Below are positions 42,711 through 52,223 of a stretch of 64,000 nucleotides of DNA, piece by piece. This DNA comes from Armatimonadota bacterium (GTDB lineage: Bacteria > Armatimonadota > UBA10988). How positions within the stretch are numbered: position 1 is the first letter of the stretch; each line of letters starts with the position of its first letter. Made by a program: the position numbers and the translations under genes. Where the stretch lies: positions 1 to 64,000 of the forward strand of contig JACRKZ010000029.1 of the NCBI GenBank assembly GCA_016235455.1, given 5' to 3'. The notes under the pieces were generated by a model. The model was not told the origin of the DNA. It saw only the letters and a list, made by a program, of their open reading frames with translations, and did not search any database.

Positions 42711-43985
42711 CTATCGACCGCCCAGGCCGGTCAGCGAGGCGCCTTCGATGAACCACTTCTGGCCCACGAAGAACAGCAGGATGATGGGCAGCACGACGAA
42801 CGTCGACGCCGCCATCAGCAGCCCGGGCTCGCCGCCATGCTGCTGCTGGTAGAGCTGCAACGCGTAGGCCAACGGCATCTTTTCAGCCGACGACAGGTAG
42901 ATCAACGGGCCCATGAAGTTGTTCCAACTGGCCAGGATGGTCATGATCGAGATAGCCGCCAGCGCCGGCTTGACCAGCGGCAGCATGACGCGCCAGTAGA
43001 TCAGCAGCGGCCCGCAGCCATCGAGCCGCGCGGCGTCTTCCAACTCGCCGGGGATGGACAGGAAGAACTGGCGCAGCAAGAAGATGTTGAACGCCGAACC
43101 GAAGAAGGCCGGCACCCACAGCGGCGCCAATGTGTCGATCCAGCCCAGGTTCCGGAAGATCAGGAACTGCGGCATCATGGTCACCGCGCCGGGCACCATC
43201 ATCGTCGCCAGCAGCACGACAAACCAGGCGTCACGGCCCGGCCAGCGCAGTCGCGCGAACGAGAAGGCCACCAGCGACGACGACAGCAACGTGCCGATCA
43301 GCCCCATGATCACCAGGAACAGCGTGTTGGCCAGGAAGGTCAGTCCGTAGTGCGTCTCCGCCGGCAGGTACCGGAGCGCGTCGGGGAAGTTCTGCCAGCG
43401 CGGCGCCACATGTCGCTTCTTGGTCAGGGCCGACCGGCCGACCACCTGCTCGGCGCCGCTGGCCAGGTCGCGCACCTTCACCTCACCGCTCTCGAGTTGC
43501 TCGACTTCGGCCACCTCGCGGCCGCTGTCCTTGAGCGTCGACAGGCCCGCGGGCTGACCGTCCTTGGTCTTGACCTCGCGCGACAGCACCTGCTGCGTGG
43601 GTATCCACACCGGCGGAAAGACCGCCATCTCCTCGTCGGTCTTGAGCGCGGTGGAGATGAGCCAGGCGAACGGAATGAGGAACACAAACGAGCCGGTCAG
43701 CAGCGTCAAATGCGTCGCGCAGCGACGCACGGCCTTCCGCGCCTGATCGCGGTTGCGGCTCTCGCGGCGCAGCACAACCGCGCTCAGCACAATGGCCACG
43801 CCGCCCGCGGCCAGTGTCAGCAGCGGCTGACCGAGACGCAGCGAGCCGATCACCAGCGCCAGCAACGCCGCCGGCAAGACGGCCAGTCCGCGCCGCGTGG
43901 ACCAGGCCATGGGCACGGCCGCACCGCAGTACAGCGCCGCCCACAGACCAACCAAGAGGGCCAGAAGCCAGAGGAAGGCGGTCAT
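42711..43985 (-). CDS. carbohydrate ABC transporter permease (MalG-like) with N-terminal TM extension
   Basis: FLLRQFFLSIPGELEDAARLDG (EAA loop) and WNNFMGPLIY; ATGA overlap with the upstream gene. Confidence 0.92.
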   Translation of the reverse strand: MTAFLWLLALLVGLWAALYCGAAVPMAWSTRRGLAVLPAALLALVIGSLRLGQPLLTLAAGGVAIVLSAVVLRRESRNRDQARKAVRRCATHLTLLTGSFVFLIPFAWLISTALKTDEEMAVFPPVWIPTQQVLSREVKTKDGQPAGLSTLKDSGREVAEVEQLESGEVKVRDLASGAEQVVGRSALTKKRHVAPRWQNFPDALRYLPAETHYGLTFLANTLFLVIMGLIGTLLSSSLVAFSFARLRWPGRDAWFVVLLATMMVPGAVTMMPQFLIFRNLGWIDTLAPLWVPAFFGSAFNIFLLRQFFLSIPGELEDAARLDGCGPLLIYWRVMLPLVKPALAAISIMTILASWNNFMGPLIYLSSAEKMPLAYALQLYQQQHGGEPGLLMAASTFVVLPIILLFFVGQKWFIEGASLTGLGGR

Positions 43986-46375
43986 CGCTTCTTCTCCACT
44001 TCGTAGTAGACCCAGTGTTTCTGGCCCCACCACTGCAACAGCGTCAGCACCAGGATGATCACGAAGATCACCCAGGCCACGGCGCTGGCCTGGCCCATCT
44101 TGAAGTAGCGGAACGCGTTGTTGAACAGATAGAGCACCGGCACCAGCAGGCTGTCCAGCGGACCCGCGCTGCCGCTGCCACCGCCGAGTACGTAGACCCG
44201 GTCGAACTCCTGCAGCGCGCCGATGGTGCCCATCACCAGGTTGAAGAACACATAGGGCGAGATCATCGGCAGCGTGACATTGCGGAACTGCGCCCAGCCA
44301 CGCGCGCCGTCGAGCTGCGCGGCCTCATAGAGCGTGGCCGGCACGCCCTGCAGGCCGGCCAACCAGAGGATCATGCCACCGCCCGCACCCCACAGCCCTT
44401 GCATGATCAGGCCCGGCTTGGCCCACGCGGCCACGCCGAACCAGCCTGGCGGCGCCACGCCGAACCAGTCGCTCAGGGTCACCTTCCACAATGCGTTGAG
44501 CAGGCCCTTGTTGGGGTCGCCGGCCAGTACCCAGCCCCACAGCACCGCCGAGGCGATGGCCGGGACGATGGACGGCACGTAGAACGCCGTGCGGTAGAAG
44601 CCGATGCCTTTGACCTTGGTGTTGAGCAGCAGCGCGATGCTCAAGCTGGTGGCCATGCCCAGCGGGATGCCGATGATCGACAGGTAGGCCGCGTTATACA
44701 GCGCCTTGGTCAGCAGCTCGCGGTCGTCGCCAAACAGCGTGGCGAAGTTGGCCAGCCCCACAAAGCGCGGCGCGTGCAGCACGTCGTAATCGCACAGGCT
44801 GAACAGCAGCGAGGCGATGATCGGCCCGGCCGTGAAGACGACGAAGCCAAACAGCCATGGCCCGGCCATCATGTAGCCGGCCAGCGCCTCGCGCCTGGCG
44901 TGGCGCGAGTTGCCCACGGTGGCGCGGCCGCGGCGGATGCCGATGACCAACCCGATGAGTACCAGCAACCCGACCACGACCGCCGGCCCGGCGAAGCTGA
45001 ACACGGGCAGGCTCTCGCGGGCCAGGGCTTTGTCGAGCTCCCGCTGCACCAGCCTGGCCTCTTCGGCGAGTGTCTCCTGCGGCTGCCGCTCACCAGCACA
45101 GGCGCGCTCGAAACTGCGCACATGCGAGTCCCACAGCGCCTGCCCGACAAAGGTCACCGGGCGGTAGCGGCTGGACGGCAGCATGTCGAGGAACGCCTTC
45201 TGGGCGGCAAAGAGCCGGCCCTTAGGCGGGAACTCGGCCAGCAGTGCCTCGTTGACCGACGGCCGCGCGGTGTAGGTGAAGACGAACGGCCGGCCCTTGC
45301 TCTCGTTGTAGGCCTTCTGCGCGCGCGATGAGAGGAGCGCGCCGTCCTTGGAGACCCACCACTTGATGAACCGCCAGGCGGCCTCGGGATGGCGCGCGCC
45401 GGCGGGCACGGCCAGCGAGAAGCCGCCCGACCAGGTGATGTACGGCGGCTGGCCTCGGAAGCGGCCCTCACCGGTCAGCCGTTCGGCGGGCACCGGCGCG
45501 GGCGCCACGGCGAAGTCGAGGTCAGGTGCGAAGCGTGCAATGGAGTTGAGCACCCACGACCCGTTGATGACCATGCCGATCTTGCCGGTGAAGAAGGGGT
45601 CCTGCTCATCGGGCAGGAAGCCCGACTGGAAGATGTTGACCTTGTCGTAGCCGCCCAGCGCTTCGTAGATGTCCTTCATGAAGGTCAGCGCGCCGACGGT
45701 GTGCGGGTTGTCGAGCGTGCACTTCCGCCCGTCCTCGCTCATGAACTCGCCACCGTTCTGCCACGAGTAGAGGTAGAGCCACGAGTTGCCGAAGTTGGGG
45801 ATGAACCCGATGCGCTGGTAGGTGTTGTCGGTGCCGAGCTTGGTCAGGCGCTTGGCATAGTCGCGCAGCTCATCCCAGGTGCGCGGCGGCCGGTCCGGGT
45901 CGAGCCCGACCTCGCGGAACAGCGCGCGGTTGTAGAACAACATGCGGTCGTCGATACCGGTGGGCACGGCGTAGACCTTGCCCTGGTAGCAGGCCTCGCG
46001 CCAGGCGGCCGGGTAGAAGTCGGCTTCGGTGATGCCGTCGGGCTGGCCCTGTTCCTTGGCCAGGAAGTCGTCGAGCGGCCGGAAGGCGTCGCGGCTGGCC
46101 CAGTCACCGATGGTGAAGCGATCCTGGTTGATCACGTCCGGCGGCACGCCGCCGACAATGGAGGTCATCAGCTTCTGCGGGTTCATCGCGCCCGCGCCCA
46201 TGGACATCACGGAGACCTGGATGTCAGGGTTGCTCCGCTCGAACTCGGCCAACTGCGCGTCGAGCCCAGCGGTCTCCTTGCCCGACTGCAGGCCCCAGAC
46301 GACGAGCTTGGTGCGGGCCAGAGCAGGTGACAGCAGACACCCCAGGAGTGACAGAGAAAGCAGCAGACGCCTCAC
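43982..46375 (-). CDS. fused sugar ABC substrate-binding protein + MalF-like permease
   Basis: Signal peptide (PALA-R); SBP motifs GKVYAVP, LFYNRALF and PRTWDEL continue in one frame into permease YVPSIVP and LYEAAQLDGA. Confidence 0.9.
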   Translation of the reverse strand: MRRLLLSLSLLGCLLSPALARTKLVVWGLQSGKETAGLDAQLAEFERSNPDIQVSVMSMGAGAMNPQKLMTSIVGGVPPDVINQDRFTIGDWASRDAFRPLDDFLAKEQGQPDGITEADFYPAAWREACYQGKVYAVPTGIDDRMLFYNRALFREVGLDPDRPPRTWDELRDYAKRLTKLGTDNTYQRIGFIPNFGNSWLYLYSWQNGGEFMSEDGRKCTLDNPHTVGALTFMKDIYEALGGYDKVNIFQSGFLPDEQDPFFTGKIGMVINGSWVLNSIARFAPDLDFAVAPAPVPAERLTGEGRFRGQPPYITWSGGFSLAVPAGARHPEAAWRFIKWWVSKDGALLSSRAQKAYNESKGRPFVFTYTARPSVNEALLAEFPPKGRLFAAQKAFLDMLPSSRYRPVTFVGQALWDSHVRSFERACAGERQPQETLAEEARLVQRELDKALARESLPVFSFAGPAVVVGLLVLIGLVIGIRRGRATVGNSRHARREALAGYMMAGPWLFGFVVFTAGPIIASLLFSLCDYDVLHAPRFVGLANFATLFGDDRELLTKALYNAAYLSIIGIPLGMATSLSIALLLNTKVKGIGFYRTAFYVPSIVPAIASAVLWGWVLAGDPNKGLLNALWKVTLSDWFGVAPPGWFGVAAWAKPGLIMQGLWGAGGGMILWLAGLQGVPATLYEAAQLDGARGWAQFRNVTLPMISPYVFFNLVMGTIGALQEFDRVYVLGGGSGSAGPLDSLLVPVLYLFNNAFRYFKMGQASAVAWVIFVIILVLTLLQWWGQKHWVYYEVEKKR

Positions 46376-46555
46376 GTGATCGGGACTCCCTGGCACGGCG
46401 GGTGAGCTGCGGAGAGCATCACCGCTCGCGCCGAGCATGAGCATACCATGAACGTCGGATGGCTTGATCATGCCTGCCCGACTTCGCCTCTCCCCCGACC
46501 CTCACTCAGGCCGCACCAGGGCTGCCACAGTTCGCGCACATCGGCCTGCGCAGTG

Positions 46556-46582
46556 GCAGGAGTGGCGGAGCCCGCGGCGAAT
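46556..46582 (+). promoter_or_regulatory. sigma-H-like promoter GCAGG-N17-CGAAT
   Basis: GCAGGagtggcggagcccgcggCGAAT, 21 nt before ATG 46604. Confidence 0.6.
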
Positions 46583-46603
46583 CCGCCCGCCAACGAGGCA
46601 ACC

Positions 46604-47518
46604 ATGGCACAACTCGAGACCCGCACCCTCGGTCGTACCGGCCTGACCGTCACCCGCATGGCGGCCGGCGGCCACTTCACCAACGGGCCCAAGGCCCACG
46701 AGGATCACGCCCGCCGCGTGGCCGAGATCCACCACATGATCGACTCGGGCATCCGCTACATCGACATCCAGTGGGACCCCGAGGAGCTGGCCATGGCCGA
46801 GGTGCTGCGCACCCGTGCCAGCGAGGTCACCGTGGCCTGGCCGCTGCACGGCGTGACCGGCAAGGGCGCCGGCATGACCGCGCAGTACGTCGTCGACTAC
46901 TGCCATGACCACCAGAAGCGCTACGGCATTGAGCATGTCGACATCCTGCTGTGGGTGGCACTCGAGCTCTACGACGACACCGCCGACCACGTGCTCAGCG
47001 AGCTGCGCGCGGGCTTCGAGCAGGTCAAGGCCGAGGGCTTCTGCGACCATATGGCCTTCTCGTGCCATCACTCGCCGGCCATGGCCATGCGCGGGCTCGA
47101 TGCGGCAGACCTGTTCTCGGTGATGATGCTGCCCTATGGCCCGCTCAACCCCGGCGCGCGCGACGAAGTGCTGCCCCGCGCGCAGGCACTCGGGGTCGGC
47201 GCCGTGGCCATGAAGCCGTTCGTCGGCGGCGATGGCCTGTTCAACCAGGCCTGGCAAGGCAAATGGCCCGAGCTGGCCCCATGGGCAGGCAGCGGCACGC
47301 CGTTCCAGTCGGCCATCCGCTGGGTGCTGGCCGACCCGAACGTCGATTGCACCGTGCCGGGCATGCACTCGGTCGCGGAGATCGACGAGCTGGTCGCCGC
47401 CGCCGACCAGCCGCTCACCGCCGACGACGAGGCGCTGTTGGACGCGTACCGCGCGGTGCAGGCTTCGCCCGAAGCCCGCGCCGCCACCTGGGAGTTCCTG
47501 CGCACCTGGCTGCCCTGA
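46604..47518 (+). CDS. aldo/keto reductase family protein (divergent)
   Basis: RTLGRTGLTVT, GAVAMKPF, AIRWVL and PGMHSVAEIDE. Confidence 0.82.
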   Translation: MAQLETRTLGRTGLTVTRMAAGGHFTNGPKAHEDHARRVAEIHHMIDSGIRYIDIQWDPEELAMAEVLRTRASEVTVAWPLHGVTGKGAGMTAQYVVDYCHDHQKRYGIEHVDILLWVALELYDDTADHVLSELRAGFEQVKAEGFCDHMAFSCHHSPAMAMRGLDAADLFSVMMLPYGPLNPGARDEVLPRAQALGVGAVAMKPFVGGDGLFNQAWQGKWPELAPWAGSGTPFQSAIRWVLADPNVDCTVPGMHSVAEIDELVAAADQPLTADDEALLDAYRAVQASPEARAATWEFLRTWLP

Positions 47519-47522
47519 CGCC

Positions 47523-49376
47523 ATGACGCTCCGCGCCTTGGCCATCAGCCTGTTGCTCATCCCGCTGCAGGCGTTCTGGCTCATCCACATGGAGCTGGTG
47601 CGCGGAGGCATCTGGCCGACGGTGCTCAGCCTGCTGTTCACCGTGGTCTTCCTGCTGTGGCTGCTGACCATGGCCAACACGGCGTTGCGCCGCTGGTTGC
47701 CACGATCGGCGCTGGCCGACAACGAACTGCTGGCCATTTACATCCTGCTGGCCTGTGGCGCCAGCCTCAGCGGCTGCGACGTGGGCCAGACGCTGGCCTG
47801 CCTGATCAGCACACCGTACCACTACGCCACCGCCTCCAACGGCTGGGCCGACCACTTCCAGCGCTACCTGCCGTCGCACCTGTATGTCGACACGGCGCCG
47901 GTGCTCAAGGACTACTTCCGCGGTGCCTCGTCGCTCTATCGCTGGCAGGCGCTGCGCTTCTACCTCGGGCCGCTGCTCAACTGGCTGGTCTTCGTGGCCG
48001 GCATGTTGAGCGCGGGCATGGGCATCTCGCTGTTCGTCCGACGGCAGTGGATCGACTCCGAGCGACTGTCCTTCCCCATCGTGCAGATCCCGCTGGCCAT
48101 GACGCGCACGGGCTTCCACCGCAGCCGCGCGCTGTGGTGGGGGTTCGCGCTGGCCGGCGGCATCGACCTGCTCAACGGCTTGCACGAGATCGTGCCCTCG
48201 GCGCCGTGGCTCAACGTCAAGCAAGCGGTGCAACTCGGCCCGTTGTTCAGCAGCGGCCCGTGGCGAGCCATGGGCTGGACACCGCTGTGCTACTACCCGT
48301 TCGCCATCGGGCTGGGCTTCCTGATGCCGCTCGAGATGTCGTTTTCGTGCTGGTTCGGGTTCCTGTTGTGGAAGGCGCAACGCGTGCTCCTGGCCGCCCA
48401 CGGCATCCCCGCGCCCTGGGCCGGGACCGCTACGTCGCAGGAGCAGGTGGCCGGCGTGTGGCTGGCAGTGGCGCTCTATGCGGGCTGGATGGGCCGCCGT
48501 GAGTGGCTGCGCCAGGCCCGCGAGCCCGGCGCGCGTTGGCCGTTGGCGCTGGCCTTCGGCGGGTTGGGCGTGATGCTCACCTTCGCCCATGCCGCCGGCA
48601 TGAGCTGGGGCTTCGCCGCGGTCTACTGGGTGTTGTGGCTGGGCTTCTCCACCGCGCTCAGCCGGATGCGCGCGGAGTTCGGTCCACCGTGCCACGACCT
48701 GTATGGCGCTGGACCGGACCGCATCCTCATCACCTGGTGCGGCTCGGGCGCCTTCCGACCACGGGATCTTGTGGCTACGGCCAGCTTCTACTGGACCGCG
48801 CGCGAAGCGGCGCGCAGCCTGCCTCAGCCGCATCAGATCGAGGGTCTCTACCTGGCCGGCGGACGGCTGGCCACGCGCCACACGGTGCCCGCCATGCTCG
48901 GCGCGGCGCTGTTCGGCGCGGCCTGCACCGTGTGGGTGGTGCTGCACTACGGCTTCCAGCACGGCGCCGAAAGCCGCTTCATGGGCCCGGCCTGGTGGTT
49001 CGCCACGGAGGGTTTCGGCCGCGTAGACAACTGGCTGCTCAACCCGGTCAAGCCCAGCCACTCCGGCCAGGCGGCCATGGTCAGCGCGCTGCTGTTGAGC
49101 CTGTTGGCCTTGGGCGCACGCAGCCGCCTGCTGTGGTTCACCTTCCATCCCGCCGGCTACGCCATCTCCTCGTGGTGGGCCATCCACTTCCTTTGGTTCC
49201 CACTGCTGCTGGCCTGGCTGGTCAAACGCGCCGTGATCCGCTTTGGCGGCGCGCGCGCCTATGCGCAGTGGCGACCGTTCTTCTTCGGCCTGGTGCTGGG
49301 CGAGTTCGTCGTGGGCTCGCTGTGGCAGATTGCCGGGCTCGTCTTTGGCTTCACGGCCTATGCGTTCTGGATCTAG
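47523..49376 (+). CDS. DUF6785/DUF6784-type polytopic membrane protein, second copy
   Basis: RRQWIDSERLSFP, YYPFAIGLGFLMPLEMSFSCWF, RMRAEFGPP, FHPAG and FFFGLVLGE; clear paralogue of 23373..25310. Confidence 0.8.
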   Translation: MTLRALAISLLLIPLQAFWLIHMELVRGGIWPTVLSLLFTVVFLLWLLTMANTALRRWLPRSALADNELLAIYILLACGASLSGCDVGQTLACLISTPYHYATASNGWADHFQRYLPSHLYVDTAPVLKDYFRGASSLYRWQALRFYLGPLLNWLVFVAGMLSAGMGISLFVRRQWIDSERLSFPIVQIPLAMTRTGFHRSRALWWGFALAGGIDLLNGLHEIVPSAPWLNVKQAVQLGPLFSSGPWRAMGWTPLCYYPFAIGLGFLMPLEMSFSCWFGFLLWKAQRVLLAAHGIPAPWAGTATSQEQVAGVWLAVALYAGWMGRREWLRQAREPGARWPLALAFGGLGVMLTFAHAAGMSWGFAAVYWVLWLGFSTALSRMRAEFGPPCHDLYGAGPDRILITWCGSGAFRPRDLVATASFYWTAREAARSLPQPHQIEGLYLAGGRLATRHTVPAMLGAALFGAACTVWVVLHYGFQHGAESRFMGPAWWFATEGFGRVDNWLLNPVKPSHSGQAAMVSALLLSLLALGARSRLLWFTFHPAGYAISSWWAIHFLWFPLLLAWLVKRAVIRFGGARAYAQWRPFFFGLVLGEFVVGSLWQIAGLVFGFTAYAFWI

Positions 49377-49388
49377 CGGAGGCGTAGC

Positions 49389-50654
49389 ATGATCCTCGAA
49401 GTCCATCCCGAACAGTGGACCACCACCGGCTCGCTGCAGTATTGGAAGCCCCCGGCGCCGTTCAACGTCGGCGACACGCTGCCGTTCTACCATGACGGCA
49501 CCTTCCATTTCGCCTACCTTGTGGACAAGGACCACCACGGCGCACTGGGCGGGCTCGGCGGGCATCAGTGGGCCCAGGCCACCTCGCGCGACCTGGTGCA
49601 CTGGACCCACCGGCCGCTGACCATCGCCCTCACGGCCGAGCACGAAGCATCCATCTGCACCGGCTCGGTGTTCTGGTGGGACGGCGTCTACCACGGCTTC
49701 TATGCCACCCGGCGCCGCGGTGACCGCAGCGAACACGCCAGCCTGGCCATCAGCGCCGACGGCGTCGTGTTCACCAAGACCGAGCCCAACCCGTTCCTCT
49801 CGCCGGGGCCGGGACTGCGCAACGGATTCCGCGACCCGCACGTCTTCCGTGACGAGCGCAGCGGGCTGTTCCACCTGATCGTCTCCACCATGCTGGCTGA
49901 CGGCAACCGCGGCTGCCTGGCACACTACACCTCGGCCGACCTGCGCGCGTGGCAGCCGGCCGCGCCGTTCCACGTCGAGGGCGGCGAGGTGCCTGAGTGC
50001 CCTGACACGTTCCGCATGGGCGACTGGTGCTACCTGCTGTTCTCTTTCGGCGGCGTGGCCCGCTACCGCTATGCCAAGGACCCGCTTGGACCCTGGCTGA
50101 CGCCTGAGCAGGACATCCTCGATGGGTCCGCCGCGCGCGTAATGAAGACCGCCGCCTTCACCGGGGGGCGACGCATCGGCACCACCGGCGTCTGGCCGCA
50201 CGGCTATGCCGGCTATGCCGTGTTCCGCGAGATCGTGCAGCGCGCCGACGGCACGCTCGGCACGCGCTTCGTCCCGGAAATGGTGCCACCCCGTGGCGAG
50301 CCGCTGGCCATGCCCTCGGAACTGGCCGAGGGCACGGCCCTGACCGGGCTGCCTGCGCGCTACCACCTGCGCGCGACGGCCACGGCGCCGCTCGCGCTGC
50401 GCCTCGGCGACAACGAACTGCGGTTCGACCCAGCCGGCCGTCGGCTCAGCCTGACCGACGGCCCGACCATCGAGCACCTGGCGCTGCTCGAGGTGCCGTT
50501 CGCGCTCGAAGTGATCGTCCACGACCGCATCGTCGACGTGGCTTGCGGGCCCGACCGCACCATGGTCGGCTGGCTGCGCGCCGACCCGGCCGGGCGCCTG
50601 ACCGTCACCGCCGGGTCGCTCGCGGGCGTATCGAGTCATTGCCTCGTGCCGTGA
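49389..50654 (+). CDS. GH32 (five-bladed propeller) glycoside hydrolase
   Basis: VGDTLPFY, SRDLVHW, CTGSV, FRDP and ECPD. Confidence 0.85.
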   Translation: MILEVHPEQWTTTGSLQYWKPPAPFNVGDTLPFYHDGTFHFAYLVDKDHHGALGGLGGHQWAQATSRDLVHWTHRPLTIALTAEHEASICTGSVFWWDGVYHGFYATRRRGDRSEHASLAISADGVVFTKTEPNPFLSPGPGLRNGFRDPHVFRDERSGLFHLIVSTMLADGNRGCLAHYTSADLRAWQPAAPFHVEGGEVPECPDTFRMGDWCYLLFSFGGVARYRYAKDPLGPWLTPEQDILDGSAARVMKTAAFTGGRRIGTTGVWPHGYAGYAVFREIVQRADGTLGTRFVPEMVPPRGEPLAMPSELAEGTALTGLPARYHLRATATAPLALRLGDNELRFDPAGRRLSLTDGPTIEHLALLEVPFALEVIVHDRIVDVACGPDRTMVGWLRADPAGRLTVTAGSLAGVSSHCLVP

Positions 50655-50679
50655 TATGCAAGCTCAATCGAGCGCGACC

Positions 50680-50708
50680 TTGTCGCGCCGCGAGGGAAAT
50701 GCTAATGT
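50680..50708 (+). promoter_or_regulatory. sigma70-type promoter for lipoprotein-pseudopilin pair
   Basis: TTGTCG-N17-TAATGT with TG extension, upstream of GGGAGG RBS. Confidence 0.45.
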
Positions 50709-50729
50709 GCATCCAGGGAGGTGCACACC

Positions 50730-50930
50730 ATGAAACGAGTTTTGCTGGCGGCCCTGGCGGCCGCAGCGGTCAGTTTGTCGATGGTGGCTTGCAGCAAGGA
50801 GCCGCCGCCCGAGACCAAGGCGCCGGCCAGTGCGGATCCCGCCGATGGCGGCGTGGCCAAGCCCAGCGACGCCAAGAAGCCCGCTGTCCCCACCGCAGAG
50901 AAGAAGAACACACTGCGCGACAAGGAGTAG
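50730..50930 (+). CDS. small lipoprotein (66 aa, Pro/Ala/Lys-rich)
   Basis: GGGAGG RBS; MKR + hydrophobic stretch + lipobox MVA-C; low-complexity tail. Confidence 0.75.
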   Translation: MKRVLLAALAAAAVSLSMVACSKEPPPETKAPASADPADGGVAKPSDAKKPAVPTAEKKNTLRDKE

Positions 50931-51023
50931 CCGGGGCCGCGCCGTGGCGCCCCCCGTGCTGTCCCGACTCGCGCCGCACCCCGTACAGCAAGCCTGGCTT
51001 CGCGGCCAGGTCGGAGTACCAAC

Positions 51024-51701
51024 ATGCGACGCAGAGCATTCACGCTCATCGAGCTGCTGGTCGTCATTGCCATCATCGCAATCCTGGCGGCCATCCTGTT
51101 CCCGGTCTTCGCCAAGGCGCGCGAGAAGGCCCGCACCTCGAGTTGCCAGTCCAACCTCAAGCAGATCGGCATTGCCCTGAAGCAGTACGAGCAGGACTAC
51201 GACGAGATGTCGACCAACACCTCGATCGCTGGTGATGTGGCCGACCCAGCGCTACCCAATGCGCAGTTCGTCACCTGGGATGAGGCCATCCAGCCGTACC
51301 TCAAGAGCACGCAGATCTTCCTGTGCCCATCCGACGTACGCCGCGCCGGCAACGGCGGCCGACAGGCGCGCTCGTATGCCAGCAATCCCGTCGTGCTCGG
51401 CAATGGCGCCGATGCACCGACGTGGTGGGGCTTGGCGCCAGCCTACGGCATCTCCATCGCCTCGATCATCAGCCCGGCCACGCTGATCCAGGTCACCGAG
51501 CGCTGGGACAACGACGCCAACCGTGTCATCGGCAACGCCAACTTCCACGCGACGCGCTATGCCGCCGGTGACACCGCGCGCCTGACCGCGGTCAAGCATC
51601 CTGACGCTGCCATCGCCAACTTCTTGTTCTGCGATGGCCACGTGAAGATCATGCGCGGCGAGCAGACGCTGACACCGACCAGCCTCTGGCTCAACCAGTA
51701 G
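51024..51701 (+). CDS. prepilin-type DUF1559 protein
   Basis: RA|[40 protein letters not shown]; C-terminal KH-x11-DGHVK. Confidence 0.92.
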   Translation: MRRRAFTLIELLVVIAIIAILAAILFPVFAKAREKARTSSCQSNLKQIGIALKQYEQDYDEMSTNTSIAGDVADPALPNAQFVTWDEAIQPYLKSTQIFLCPSDVRRAGNGGRQARSYASNPVVLGNGADAPTWWGLAPAYGISIASIISPATLIQVTERWDNDANRVIGNANFHATRYAAGDTARLTAVKHPDAAIANFLFCDGHVKIMRGEQTLTPTSLWLNQ

Positions 51702-51732
51702 TCCTGGACAACCGACAACACGTGCACTTGGG

Positions 51733-51764
51733 ACCAACCTGACCGGCGCGCCGGTCAGGTTGGT
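51733..51764. terminator. perfect 32-bp palindrome between convergent genes
   Basis: ACCAACCTGACCGGCG|CGCCGGTCAGGTTGGT, followed by gctgtt. Confidence 0.7.
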
Positions 51765-51821
51765 GCTGTTCTGAACAGCCGCGCCGCCGCACCTTTCCGA
51801 GTGGCTTGGTGGGCCGGACGG

Positions 51822-52118
51822 CTACGCTGGCACGATGTGCTGGGCCAGGCTGTCCAGCACCGGCCCCTGTGCCTCGTCGCGCCACTGCATGGGCAGACAC
51901 CACTCGCGCTCGCCGTCCAGGCTGACGAACAACGACAGGCCATCGTCGTACGGCTGGAAGGCGCAACCCAGGAAGGTCCACGTCTCGCCCTGGCGATGCG
52001 GATCGCCGTCGTAGTCGTCAAAGCCCACGACGACGCGGTACCTGTGCCCGGCCACCAGGTGTTGGTGCGCGCGCCGCTGGTTGGGCGCGTCCGAGCCACT
52101 CAGGTGGCCGATGGGCAT
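51822..52118 (-). CDS. DUF3601-like small protein
   Basis: L..G.RYRV...F.DYDG..H..GETWTFLG..F.PYDDGLSLFV...QWR pattern. Confidence 0.7.
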   Translation of the reverse strand: MPIGHLSGSDAPNQRRAHQHLVAGHRYRVVVGFDDYDGDPHRQGETWTFLGCAFQPYDDGLSLFVSLDGEREWCLPMQWRDEAQGPVLDSLAQHIVPA

Positions 52119-52175
52119 TGGTCCGTGCAAACCCTCACCTCCGCGACCTGGCGCCGACCGTTACCCATGCACTCG

Positions 52176-52201
52176 GCAGGACTCGTCGCGCCACGCGCCA
52201 A
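52176..52201 (+). promoter_or_regulatory. sigma-H-like promoter variant GCAGG-N17-CCAA
   Basis: GCAGGactcgtcgcgccacgcgCCAA, 22 nt before ATG 52224. Confidence 0.45.
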
Positions 52202-52223
52202 ACCGCTGTTCAAGGATGTTGAC

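Noticed and set aside
46483-46507. Additional sigma-H-like motif (GAGT-N17-CGAA, minus strand)
   Set aside because: Poor -35 match and over 100 nt from the start; an extended -10 nearer the gene is a better candidate.
46376-46555. Possible riboswitch in the ABC transporter leader
   Set aside because: Only generic GC-rich hairpins; no recognisable aptamer consensus. An Rfam/Infernal scan would be decisive.
50931-51023. Possible ncRNA between the lipoprotein and the pseudopilin
   Set aside because: One short hairpin (CCTGGC-ttcgcg-GCCAGG) next to the RBS is insufficient evidence.
51755-52223. ORF 51755..52099(-) and the 5' extension of 51801..54521(+)
   Set aside because: Both are off-frame or antisense to the DUF3601-like gene at 51822..52118.
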